DNA from: Deltaproteobacteria bacterium
GTDB lineage: Bacteria > UBA10199 > JADFYH01
Assembly (NCBI GenBank): GCA_015233135.1
Contig: JADFYH010000010.1
Coordinates: 7,565 to 71,564 of the forward strand
Direction: 5' to 3'
DNA: 64,000 nucleotides
Both the position numbers and the translations under genes were made by a program. This document shows, piece after piece, positions 34,723 to 42,905 of the stretch. Position 1 is the stretch's first letter. Every line of letters starts with the position of its first letter. Under the pieces are notes generated by a model. That model was not told where the DNA came from, searched no databases, and worked only from the letters and a program-made list of their open reading frames with translations.

Positions 34723-35770
34723 TTTTGAAATCAGACTCCTGTATCAAGGCGTTTTTTTCAATGTTTCGAGCTGCCTTTTTACCAATTACTTTTTCATAAA
34801 GCCCAGGAGGTAAGCCAGTTCCAGGCCTTTTGAGGCCTATATTCTCTAGGCTGAATAATTCATCTTTCAAAATTTTTCGTAACGAAACAATAGATCGGCG
34901 TGCAATTTTTTTCATTTCTTTTTCAGCAGCACTAGGTTCTAAATTTTCTGTTCCTAACAGGAGGTAGGCTTTGCGTATCGAGAGAACCCATTCTTTTAAT
35001 CCTTCCGGATTTTCTGAAAACCAATGGTCAGGGCCTTCAAGCTGCTGATTTAAGGTGAAATGTTTTTCAAAGACACAGGTGTTATAAGCAGTGGCTATCG
35101 AAGCAGCAAGGGGGCCTTGGGTGTGATCCGAAAAGCCTAGTAAAACGGAGGGATATAATTTGCGAAGTGGCACCAGTTTTTTTAAATTTACCGATGCAGG
35201 AGGCGTAGGATATTCGGAGGTACACAAAAGTAAAATGAGAGGATAGTTTTCGAAGAGATTTAAGCTCTGATGAATTTCTTCTTCATCGGCCATACCGCAA
35301 GATAAAATAATCGGAAGCTTGGTCTTTTTATACTCCTTCAAAAGCGGCAAATTATTAAAATCATCCGATCCTACCTTGATGGCAGGAATCCCTACTTCTA
35401 ACAACAATTCCAGATCTGAAATGTTTTGTGGGGTGGATAAAAATAAAATTCCGACTTCATCGCATTTCTTTTTGATTTTGAACCACTCTTCTCGAGAAAA
35501 CTCATACCTCTTGAACATCTCAATCATTGATTCTGTAATTTGTTTTCCCTGACTTTTATAAGTGAAAGTTTGGGTGTGGTTGGCCACAAATTCTTCTGCT
35601 TTGAAGGTCTGAAATTTTACTGCATCTACCCCCGATTCTTTGGCAACTTCTATCATTTTGAATGCCGTGTTCAGTTCGCCATTATGGTTAATTCCCGCTT
35701 CTGCAATTAGAAAGGGCTTTTCTCCAATTTCAACTCCTGCGAGATTAATTGTTTTAATAGGGGTGTTCAT
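34703..35770 (-). CDS. NeuB-family nonulosonic acid synthase (second copy, NeuB/LegI-like)
   Basis: FLIAEAGINHNG and AVKFQTF motifs with a C-terminal SAF domain. ATG 35770 sits behind a GGAGAG RBS. The ORF-track start at 35785 is a TTG overlapping pseI. Confidence 0.75.
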   Translation of the reverse strand: MNTPIKTINLAGVEIGEKPFLIAEAGINHNGELNTAFKMIEVAKESGVDAVKFQTFKAEEFVANHTQTFTYKSQGKQITESMIEMFKRYEFSREEWFKIKKKCDEVGILFLSTPQNISDLELLLEVGIPAIKVGSDDFNNLPLLKEYKKTKLPIILSCGMADEEEIHQSLNLFENYPLILLLCTSEYPTPPASVNLKKLVPLRKLYPSVLLGFSDHTQGPLAASIATAYNTCVFEKHFTLNQQLEGPDHWFSENPEGLKEWVLSIRKAYLLLGTENLEPSAAEKEMKKIARRSIVSLRKILKDELFSLENIGLKRPGTGLPPGLYEKVIGKKAARNIEKNALIQESDFKNGTESL

Positions 35771-35774
35771 TTTC

Positions 35775-36824
35775 TTACTCTCCAACCCACTCCCATTTCA
35801 TCGCCATTCCCTTCTTTAAATCTTGCTTCACTTTTTTACCCAATAATTCCTCATAATATTTAGGAGCCAAACCCAAGCCAGGTCGAATGGCTCGAAGATT
35901 TTTGGGGGTGAGTATTTCACCTGCTTTCATATTTTCACTAATGTAGAGTGAACGACGGAATTGAAGTGATTTTTTTTCTTGTTCAGAGGGGCCCAATTTT
36001 GTTTTTCCTAAGGCCGGAACAATTTTTTTAGATTCTTCCCTCAACATTTTCAACTCTTGTGGTTCTAGAGAGAAAGCAGAATCGACTCCTCCATCGCTAC
36101 GACTCAAGGTGAAATGTCGTTCAATGACTCGTGCACCCAGAGCAATAGAGGCCAGTGAAACTCCAATGCCCATTGTGTGATCTGAGAGCCCTACTTCACA
36201 TTGAAATCTTTGTTTAAGTAAATCGATAGCCAACAAATTGCTTTCTTCAGGAGGAGCAGGATAAGAACTTGTACACTTGAGCAAAATCAAATCCCTACAA
36301 CCCGCAGATCGGGCTGCGTCTACGGCTTCAGAAATTTCTTCCAGCGTTGCCAAGCCGGTTGAGATAATGAGTGGTTTTTTTGTCGCGGCCACTTTTTTGA
36401 TGAGAGGCAGGTGGATATTTTCAAAGCTGGCAATTTTGTAACAAGGCACATTCAACTTTTCGAGAAAATCTACCGCTGTTTCATCAAAGGGAGTACTGAA
36501 TCCAATCATACCCAATTCAGCACAGCGTTTAAATAGGGGTTCGTGCCATTCCCAAGGCGTGTGGGCCTCGTGATAGAGGTCATAGAGTGTTCTGTTTTTC
36601 CAAAGGCTATTTTTATCTTGAATAACAAATTCATTTTCGGACAGATTCAAAGTCATGGTATCCGCTGTGTAGGTTTGAAGCTTCAAAGCCTGTGCACCTG
36701 CTTGAGCGGCGGCTTCCACGATTTGAAGGGCACGAGCTAAAGATCCATTATGATTCCCGGACATCTCGGCGATGACAAAAGGATCTTCGTTTTCACCAAT
36801 GGAATATTTTCCAATTTGAATCAT
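35775..36824 (-). CDS. pseI: pseudaminic acid synthase PseI
   Basis: FVIAEMSGNHNGSL and ALKLQTYTADT motifs with a C-terminal SAF domain. ATG 36824 overlaps the pseG/H stop (ATGA). The ORF-track start at 36839 is a TTG. Confidence 0.8.
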   Translation of the reverse strand: MIQIGKYSIGENEDPFVIAEMSGNHNGSLARALQIVEAAAQAGAQALKLQTYTADTMTLNLSENEFVIQDKNSLWKNRTLYDLYHEAHTPWEWHEPLFKRCAELGMIGFSTPFDETAVDFLEKLNVPCYKIASFENIHLPLIKKVAATKKPLIISTGLATLEEISEAVDAARSAGCRDLILLKCTSSYPAPPEESNLLAIDLLKQRFQCEVGLSDHTMGIGVSLASIALGARVIERHFTLSRSDGGVDSAFSLEPQELKMLREESKKIVPALGKTKLGPSEQEKKSLQFRRSLYISENMKAGEILTPKNLRAIRPGLGLAPKYYEELLGKKVKQDLKKGMAMKWEWVGE

Positions 36825-38353
36825 AGGGGTTTTACCCAAATTTTGTTTTTTAATCGATATCCCGCTTTTGCAAAGGCCCTTTGCGAAACGATATTCTTCT
36901 CCTGGATTTCTGCCTTTAAAAATTTGGTCTTAGGATGATTTTTCTTCAACCAAGCTGCAGCATGGATGAGAATTTGTGTTCCGTAGCCCTGGCCTTTATT
37001 TCCGGGAACCAAATAGATGGAAGTGAGCGCTTCCTCACCCGAACCTGAATAATCATAACGCAATACCCCGACACTTTTGGCTTCTCTTTCTGCAATGAGG
37101 ATTTTTCGATGAGTATTCGACAAACTCTTTTCAAACCAGACTTTATGTGCTTTCCAGGAAATTTTTTTGGAATTGTATGAAGATTGGCGTGTCTCCGGAT
37201 GATTTCTCCATTCAAAAATATTTTGGCAATCTTCAAAAGTAGCAGGGCGCAGGGTTATTTTTTTTTCGGAGTGAAGGTTAAGAAGAAATGTAGCAACACG
37301 CGGAGCTCCCTTTGCATCCACGAGTTCCAAACTTTTTTTGGATAAACTTTGTACTTGCTCGGGATGAGCCAATAAAGATTCAATTTTTTCTCTTATTGTT
37401 TCTTCTGTGATTTCTTCTTTTTTGCCCAAATAAATCAAACGGCCTTCCTCTGCCATCGATTGCAGCAGAGCCTCCTGGTTATTGGAGATGCTCCAGGCTA
37501 GAGTGGGCACTCCCAGCGCTGCACGTTCCCAGGTGCTGACACCCCCTGCGCCTATCGCCAAATCGCTGAGCTTCAGAATTTGAGAAACCCTTTCTACCTC
37601 ACGATACAATTTGATTTGCGAATAGGGGGTGCAGAATTCAGACAAGATTTTCTGATGGGGATTTGCAGCGCCTAAAATGACCTGCAACTCCAAGGGTGCG
37701 GAAACCTTCAGGCAGGCCTTAATCGCTTTTAAACTTTCGTTGCTGGTATCCACCCCGCCAAAAAAAATACACAGCTTGGAAATTTTGCCTTCTCGAATTT
37801 TAAGATCTTTTCTCGCTGCACTAAATTCTTCACGAAGCAAGGCATAAGAGGGGCCCAGTAATAATTTACAGGTAGGAGGAGTGAGTGAGGGATATTTTTG
37901 ATGAAGTGCAGGCTGAAGATTTTGATCGAGAAGGAGGTCGCAAAGATGAGCACGATTGGCAAGATCATCGATGACGACAATGCTTTGAAAATGAGGAGCA
38001 AGCCTTTTCTCCCAGTTTTGATCCAGACCATAATGGTCAACAATCAGCGTTTCTCCAGCCTCCGCAAGCAAATCCATTGTTTCCTTCGCATCTACTTCTT
38101 GCGGCACTTCCAACCAGGCTTCATATTCATTTTTTGGATGGCTAATTCTTTGGGGATGTTTCTCTGGACTGGGAAGATCCAGACAAACAAAGCCTTGCTT
38201 GCAAATGAAGGCATTCAAATTGCCTGGATGTAAACGACAGATAAAGCAAACCTCGGCCCCCTTTTCTTTCAGTTCTTGCGCCAGGGTCAGGCAGCGCATC
38301 ACATGACCGGAGCCAATTTTGCGGGAAGCATCTGTACGAATAACAAATTTCAT
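36821..38353 (-). CDS. pseG: bifunctional PseG (UDP-2,4-diacetamido-2,4,6-trideoxy-beta-L-altropyranose hydrolase) / PseH (GNAT N-acetyltransferase) fusion
   Basis: N-terminus MKFVIRTDASRKIGSGHVMRCLTLAQEL (PseG-type GT-B). C-terminal ~145 aa are a GNAT (FEWRNHPETR...GNKGQGYGTQIL). The two domains join at an A9 tract. Confidence 0.75.
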   Translation of the reverse strand: MKFVIRTDASRKIGSGHVMRCLTLAQELKEKGAEVCFICRLHPGNLNAFICKQGFVCLDLPSPEKHPQRISHPKNEYEAWLEVPQEVDAKETMDLLAEAGETLIVDHYGLDQNWEKRLAPHFQSIVVIDDLANRAHLCDLLLDQNLQPALHQKYPSLTPPTCKLLLGPSYALLREEFSAARKDLKIREGKISKLCIFFGGVDTSNESLKAIKACLKVSAPLELQVILGAANPHQKILSEFCTPYSQIKLYREVERVSQILKLSDLAIGAGGVSTWERAALGVPTLAWSISNNQEALLQSMAEEGRLIYLGKKEEITEETIREKIESLLAHPEQVQSLSKKSLELVDAKGAPRVATFLLNLHSEKKITLRPATFEDCQNIFEWRNHPETRQSSYNSKKISWKAHKVWFEKSLSNTHRKILIAEREAKSVGVLRYDYSGSGEEALTSIYLVPGNKGQGYGTQILIHAAAWLKKNHPKTKFLKAEIQEKNIVSQRAFAKAGYRLKNKIWVKPL

Positions 38354-39127
38354 TTATCCCCTCACCGCTGAATTTCTTACAGCGATTCCCTGCCCCGCCA
38401 AATATTTCTTGGCTTCGGCCGGGGTTTGTTCCGTATAGTGAAAAACGGCCGCCGCCGCTACAGCAGTAGCCTTGCCCTGGGTTAAAGCTTCCAACATGTG
38501 TTGATAATTTCCTGCCCCGCCGGAAGCGATCACCGGAATTTTTACAGCCGCAGAGACTTTGCGAATCAATTCCAGATCATAACCTTGCATGCCTCCATCG
38601 CGTTCTATGGAAGTGAGTAAAATTTCTCCTGCCCCCCAGGCTTCCACTTCTTTTGCCCAAGCCAGTACTTCTTTTCCCGTTTCTTTTGACGCAGAATGGG
38701 AGTAGCAGTGATAATTTCCATCTGTTTCTTTTTTGGCATCAATGCTCACCACAATACACTGAGAGCCAAATCGCCTGGCGGCTTCCTGAATTAATTTTGG
38801 GTTTTCGTAAGCCGCAGAATTGATGCAAACTTTGTCGGCCCCCGCGAGCAAAAGTTTGCGGATATGATCCAGGGTTTGAATTCCGCCCCCCACGCAAAAA
38901 GGGACAAAACATTCGGAGGAAAACTCTTCGATGGCTTGATAATCGGGTTCCCGGTTTTCTTTGTAAGCAGAAATATCCACTAGAATAAGTTCATCCACAT
39001 CCCGGGTATTGTACACTTTAATTGCAGGTGTTACAGTTCCCACACGGCGCCAACTATCAAAACCTATGCCTTTGACGAGGCCGACGTCTTTCCAGAGTAG
39101 GGTGGGAATGATTCGAGTTTTTAGCAT
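38354..39127 (-). CDS. hisF: HisF-like imidazole glycerol phosphate synthase cyclase subunit paralogue (WbuZ-type)
   Basis: (beta/alpha)8 HisF motifs RIIPTLL, CVGGGI and ASGGAG. Sits in a glycan operon rather than a his operon. Confidence 0.75.
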   Translation of the reverse strand: MLKTRIIPTLLWKDVGLVKGIGFDSWRRVGTVTPAIKVYNTRDVDELILVDISAYKENREPDYQAIEEFSSECFVPFCVGGGIQTLDHIRKLLLAGADKVCINSAAYENPKLIQEAARRFGSQCIVVSIDAKKETDGNYHCYSHSASKETGKEVLAWAKEVEAWGAGEILLTSIERDGGMQGYDLELIRKVSAAVKIPVIASGGAGNYQHMLEALTQGKATAVAAAAVFHYTEQTPAEAKKYLAGQGIAVRNSAVRG

Positions 39128-39744
39128 AATGCTAGAAAATTTCTTAGCAATTGAAATCCTGCCTTAGAACTCTTTTCGGGATGAAACTGTACCCCCAGTA
39201 CATTTTCATGTCCGACACAAGAGACAAACTCACCGCAATAGGGTGTCTTTGCTAAAACGTGGGCAGAATTTTCAGGAATAAAATGATAACTGTGCACAAA
39301 ATAAAAATCAGAATGATTGGGAATTTTTTCAAAAAGTGGATGAGCAACCGCTTGCTGCATTTCATTCCAACCCACGTGAGGAATTCGCTCAGTTGCTCGC
39401 GGAAGCAGCCGTTTTACTTCTCCGGGAATCAGATTCAAACCGGAACATTCTTCTCCTTCAAAACCTTTGGAGGCCATCATCTGCATGCCCAAACAAATCC
39501 CCAGCATGGGAACTTTGTAATCGCGCACGGCGGAATCAATGGCTTCCAGCCATCCTCGCTCACGCAAATTTTTCATTCCGTCCCCAAAAGCCCCCACCCC
39601 GGGTAGAATGATTTTGGGAGCCGTCTTTAATTCACGAGGATCTTCGAGGGTTGTCACTTCCGCCTCGCACTCCTCCAGCGATCTGCGGAGTGATCCGAGA
39701 TTTCCCATACCGTAATCAATAAGCGTGACCTTGCGGATAGACAT
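39121..39744 (-). CDS. hisH: HisH-like glutamine amidotransferase subunit paralogue (WbuY-type)
   Basis: Class I GATase with GVGAFG, PMLGICLGMQMM (nucleophile Cys) and GVQFHPEKS. Confidence 0.8.
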   Translation of the reverse strand: MSIRKVTLIDYGMGNLGSLRRSLEECEAEVTTLEDPRELKTAPKIILPGVGAFGDGMKNLRERGWLEAIDSAVRDYKVPMLGICLGMQMMASKGFEGEECSGLNLIPGEVKRLLPRATERIPHVGWNEMQQAVAHPLFEKIPNHSDFYFVHSYHFIPENSAHVLAKTPYCGEFVSCVGHENVLGVQFHPEKSSKAGFQLLRNFLALC

Positions 39745-39746
39745 TC

Positions 39747-40898
39747 TTAAATATTATCCTCATTAATTTTTTGGAGGTTTCCCTTTTTATCCTTCACCAA
39801 ATTTCCCTTCGCGTCCGTCACAAAAAGTTTTTTGTTGGTAAAGCGATCACAGATCTTGATGAATTCTTCGATACTGATTTCTAAAGGCTCTAATATTTTT
39901 TCAATCGGTTTACCCAAATAAGTCCAAGGGAATTTCCCATCCAGTTTACGAATCATCTCCATCCCATCTTCGCGGGTGAGTCGACCGCGGCGGATATGCA
40001 GCGAAACCAGATCGGAGGCACGTCCAAAGGCAAATTTGAGGTATTTGAAATAATCGTGGATCCCCATCTGATGGTTGTCCATGTTTTCGTAATTGACCGC
40101 AGAACCTTCGATGACTGTAGGAGAGGTCTGCAATCCAAAGGCTTGTGAATAGAGGACGTTGCTGTACCCATCCCAGGGGATGAAATAACCCAAGAAAAGC
40201 CCAGTGACCCCCACGGATTGCAGCTCTTCATCGCTCGGATAAGTATAAGGGATGAGATCTTTTGCCTGAATACCCTCCAGGCCAATCATGTCGGAAACCC
40301 GCAGGCCCAGCAAGCCTCCAAATTCCTCTAACCAGCGGCGATTGAGCACATTGTTTTCGGCGGCTGTCGCAGGTCCTCCATATTCATTTTGAGAGTTCTC
40401 ACCCCAAATCAATAAAGGGATTTTAAGCTGAACCGCCAGGCGTACGGGGCTGGTAAAAATGGCCACATGTTCAGGCCAGGAAATATCCCCTACTTGAGTA
40501 AGGCCGATACGATTGAGCTTGCGACGCGTGACAGGGTTCGCACTCAACTCCAGATAATCAAAGCCCTGTTGTTTCAGGTTTTCAATATTTTTTCGACCCA
40601 AGTCTGATAGATCACAGGTGGTTGAAGTTATGATGAGAGGATTCATCCCCAATTGCTTTATTTTTAAGGCTTGGTAGCTACTATCTTTCCCTCCACTGCC
40701 CGGAACAATACAGTCCCAGTTGCTTCCCTTTTTGTTACGATAACGCTCCAAAACTTGATGGAGCTCCTTTTTACGGGAATCCCAATCTACAACCTGGCGT
40801 TTCTCATAGTTTCGGCAGGCATTACAAATCCCCTGATCATCGATAAACAAATCGGGCTTGGTGTTAGGCATGACGCAGCGCTTGCAGTATTGAATCAT
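39747..40898 (-). CDS. pseA: N-acetyl sugar amidotransferase (PseA/WbuX/WbpG family, PP-loop)
   Basis: N-terminal Cys cluster (CKRCVMPNTKP...CNAC) and PP-loop SGGKDSS. Lies immediately upstream of the hisH/hisF paralogues. Confidence 0.65.
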   Translation of the reverse strand: MIQYCKRCVMPNTKPDLFIDDQGICNACRNYEKRQVVDWDSRKKELHQVLERYRNKKGSNWDCIVPGSGGKDSSYQALKIKQLGMNPLIITSTTCDLSDLGRKNIENLKQQGFDYLELSANPVTRRKLNRIGLTQVGDISWPEHVAIFTSPVRLAVQLKIPLLIWGENSQNEYGGPATAAENNVLNRRWLEEFGGLLGLRVSDMIGLEGIQAKDLIPYTYPSDEELQSVGVTGLFLGYFIPWDGYSNVLYSQAFGLQTSPTVIEGSAVNYENMDNHQMGIHDYFKYLKFAFGRASDLVSLHIRRGRLTREDGMEMIRKLDGKFPWTYLGKPIEKILEPLEISIEEFIKICDRFTNKKLFVTDAKGNLVKDKKGNLQKINEDNI

Positions 40899-40899
40899 G

Positions 40900-40963
40900 A
40901 TTGCTTCTCCATTTATTCTGTTTGCTTTAGTGAATTGTCACCCGAAGTTTCTGGAGAAGCAAT
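40900..40963 (-). promoter_or_regulatory. 12-bp inverted repeat sequestering the pseA-like RBS (translational coupling element)
   Basis: attgcttctcca (40900-40911) pairs with tggagaagcaat (40952-40963). The arms abut the maf5 stop and the pseA ATG, and the 3' arm in the mRNA contains GGAGAAG. Confidence 0.5.
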
Positions 40964-42853
40964 TCAAAATTTATTCACCAAATCCAAAACCACCGAGGCC
41001 CAAAAGGCCTCCTCTTTTGCCATCTGAAAAAGGATCTCTATTTTTCGGGCAATTTCATTGAAGTTGCCTTCTGTATCTTCTGTGCTTGAGAAGTATTGAA
41101 TCTGGCCTTGGATAAGCGTTCCCTGAATGATGGGATGAAAGAAATTCTGATAGGCGTCCAGATCTTCTGCGTAGTTTTTATCCTCGGTATAGCGCGAGGA
41201 GAATTCGTCTGCTTCTTTTAAAAATTGGGCATATTTTATTTTGCCTTCTTCCCAATTTTGCGCGGCTACCCAGGCTGAAAATTGTAGGGCCCTGCATTTC
41301 ATGGCGAAGGCTTGATTGTCGCCAATCAGGCGTTGGAGCGCCCGTTTGAGTGTATACATTTTTTGTTGAATCACTTTTCTTTTGATCTCCTGTTCGGCTG
41401 TCGAAGGAAGGGTCAATTTTTCTTTCAGCAGGGAGAGAGTCTCCAGTTTTTCAGGAGAGAGCTGTTGCAGCCAAGCCTCCGGGTCTATTCTTGGGCAGCC
41501 AGGAATTTTGGCCCCGTATTCGGGAGGAATGACATTGAATACCTTTCCTGCGTAAGCAGGAACCAGTTGTTCTGAGAAAGTTTTGAGAAAGGTAAACCAG
41601 AACAGGTTGCTACGAACAGGCTTTCCGTTATTTCCTTCTATCTCTAAAACTTTATTCCCTTCTTTTCTTAAATTCGCCATTACGGTTTGGGATTCCTTCC
41701 AAACCCCCGGGGCATGGCTTTCCAGGTTTTTGTCGTAACACAAATCCTGACCTACCAAGAAAATGCGACCACAACCCAAAAGTTCCAAAATCTTAAAGGC
41801 CGCATTAGCCGAAGAATGCCCCAGGCCCAATATGGGTTTCTCCAGGGGCAGCCAGCGACTTTGAAGAGAGGTCCCCAAAATATAACTGTTTAGACCCTTG
41901 TTTCCCGAAAAACATTTGGGATGGACATGGGGCGGCCCCACAAAGACATGGGGTGGCTTTTCAGAGAGATTGCAAAAAAAATCTCCCTGGGTTTCATCGC
42001 GTTCAATATTCAGCCATAAATGGGGATGAATACCGTGTTCAATCAACAGGGGAAGGGCCGAAGGGCAAGCAACCACAACGGCGTATTGCTGGGCTTCCTT
42101 GAGGTAGCTTAGACTTTTGGCCAGCGAGGGTCCTGAAGAAATGAGGATACCATCTTTCCCTTTAAATTGATCTTGGGCTTGAGCCAGGGCCGGCATCGCC
42201 AAGACCTCTTTTAAATTTTTCAAAACGTGCACCGTGCCGCGATAGGCATCGTAAGGATCTGCAAAAACACGATTAAAATGATGGGCGGTGGCCTTGGCAA
42301 AGCTTTCTTTGGCCTGGCTATAAAAATCACCATTCCAATGCAGGCTGGGAGAAAATTCTACAAACTCCACTGCATTTGCAAAGCGCAGCCAGGGTCCTTC
42401 CTCAAAGAAACGATTAAAAAATTGTTCGAGTTGAACAACATCATTGCCCAAAAACCAATGCACTTGAGGCACTTCAAACATGGGGGTGAAATCATTCACT
42501 TCCAGGGCTTTTTTAAAGAGATGGGGCATAGCTTCAATCACTAAAATGACCTGATTGAGAGGATGAGATTTTTTGGCGTATTCCAGCAGATGATGGCCCA
42601 GTCCTACCCCAAAAAAGATTAAGATCCGTGGATTTTTTAGGCTTAATGTTTGGGCAAATTCTTTTGAATATTGCTCCGCATTGGGGGAAGGATAATAGGG
42701 CTGCTCGGATCCATCCGCAAAATGGCAGATTAATTCTCTGGTACTTGGCCTAAATTTTAAGGCGGGGATTTCATTTAAATTGGAAACTAGTTCAGCAAGC
42801 TGAGGATGTTTGGTTTTGAGGCAGTTTAAGTTTTTTTGATAGAGGGAGCTCAT
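40964..42853 (-). CDS. maf: Maf/DUF115 family protein, divergent paralogue 5
   Basis: 629 aa with the core motifs GILISSGPSL, VVACPSALPLLIEHGIHPH, FLVGQDLCYD, IEGNNGKPV and NVIPPEYGAKIPG. Confidence 0.7.
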   Translation of the reverse strand: MSSLYQKNLNCLKTKHPQLAELVSNLNEIPALKFRPSTRELICHFADGSEQPYYPSPNAEQYSKEFAQTLSLKNPRILIFFGVGLGHHLLEYAKKSHPLNQVILVIEAMPHLFKKALEVNDFTPMFEVPQVHWFLGNDVVQLEQFFNRFFEEGPWLRFANAVEFVEFSPSLHWNGDFYSQAKESFAKATAHHFNRVFADPYDAYRGTVHVLKNLKEVLAMPALAQAQDQFKGKDGILISSGPSLAKSLSYLKEAQQYAVVVACPSALPLLIEHGIHPHLWLNIERDETQGDFFCNLSEKPPHVFVGPPHVHPKCFSGNKGLNSYILGTSLQSRWLPLEKPILGLGHSSANAAFKILELLGCGRIFLVGQDLCYDKNLESHAPGVWKESQTVMANLRKEGNKVLEIEGNNGKPVRSNLFWFTFLKTFSEQLVPAYAGKVFNVIPPEYGAKIPGCPRIDPEAWLQQLSPEKLETLSLLKEKLTLPSTAEQEIKRKVIQQKMYTLKRALQRLIGDNQAFAMKCRALQFSAWVAAQNWEEGKIKYAQFLKEADEFSSRYTEDKNYAEDLDAYQNFFHPIIQGTLIQGQIQYFSSTEDTEGNFNEIARKIEILFQMAKEEAFWASVVLDLVNKF

Positions 42854-42905
42854 AATGGCATATTAAGCTAGGAAAATAAAAAAGTTTCCTTTAAAATCTC
42901 TCGTC

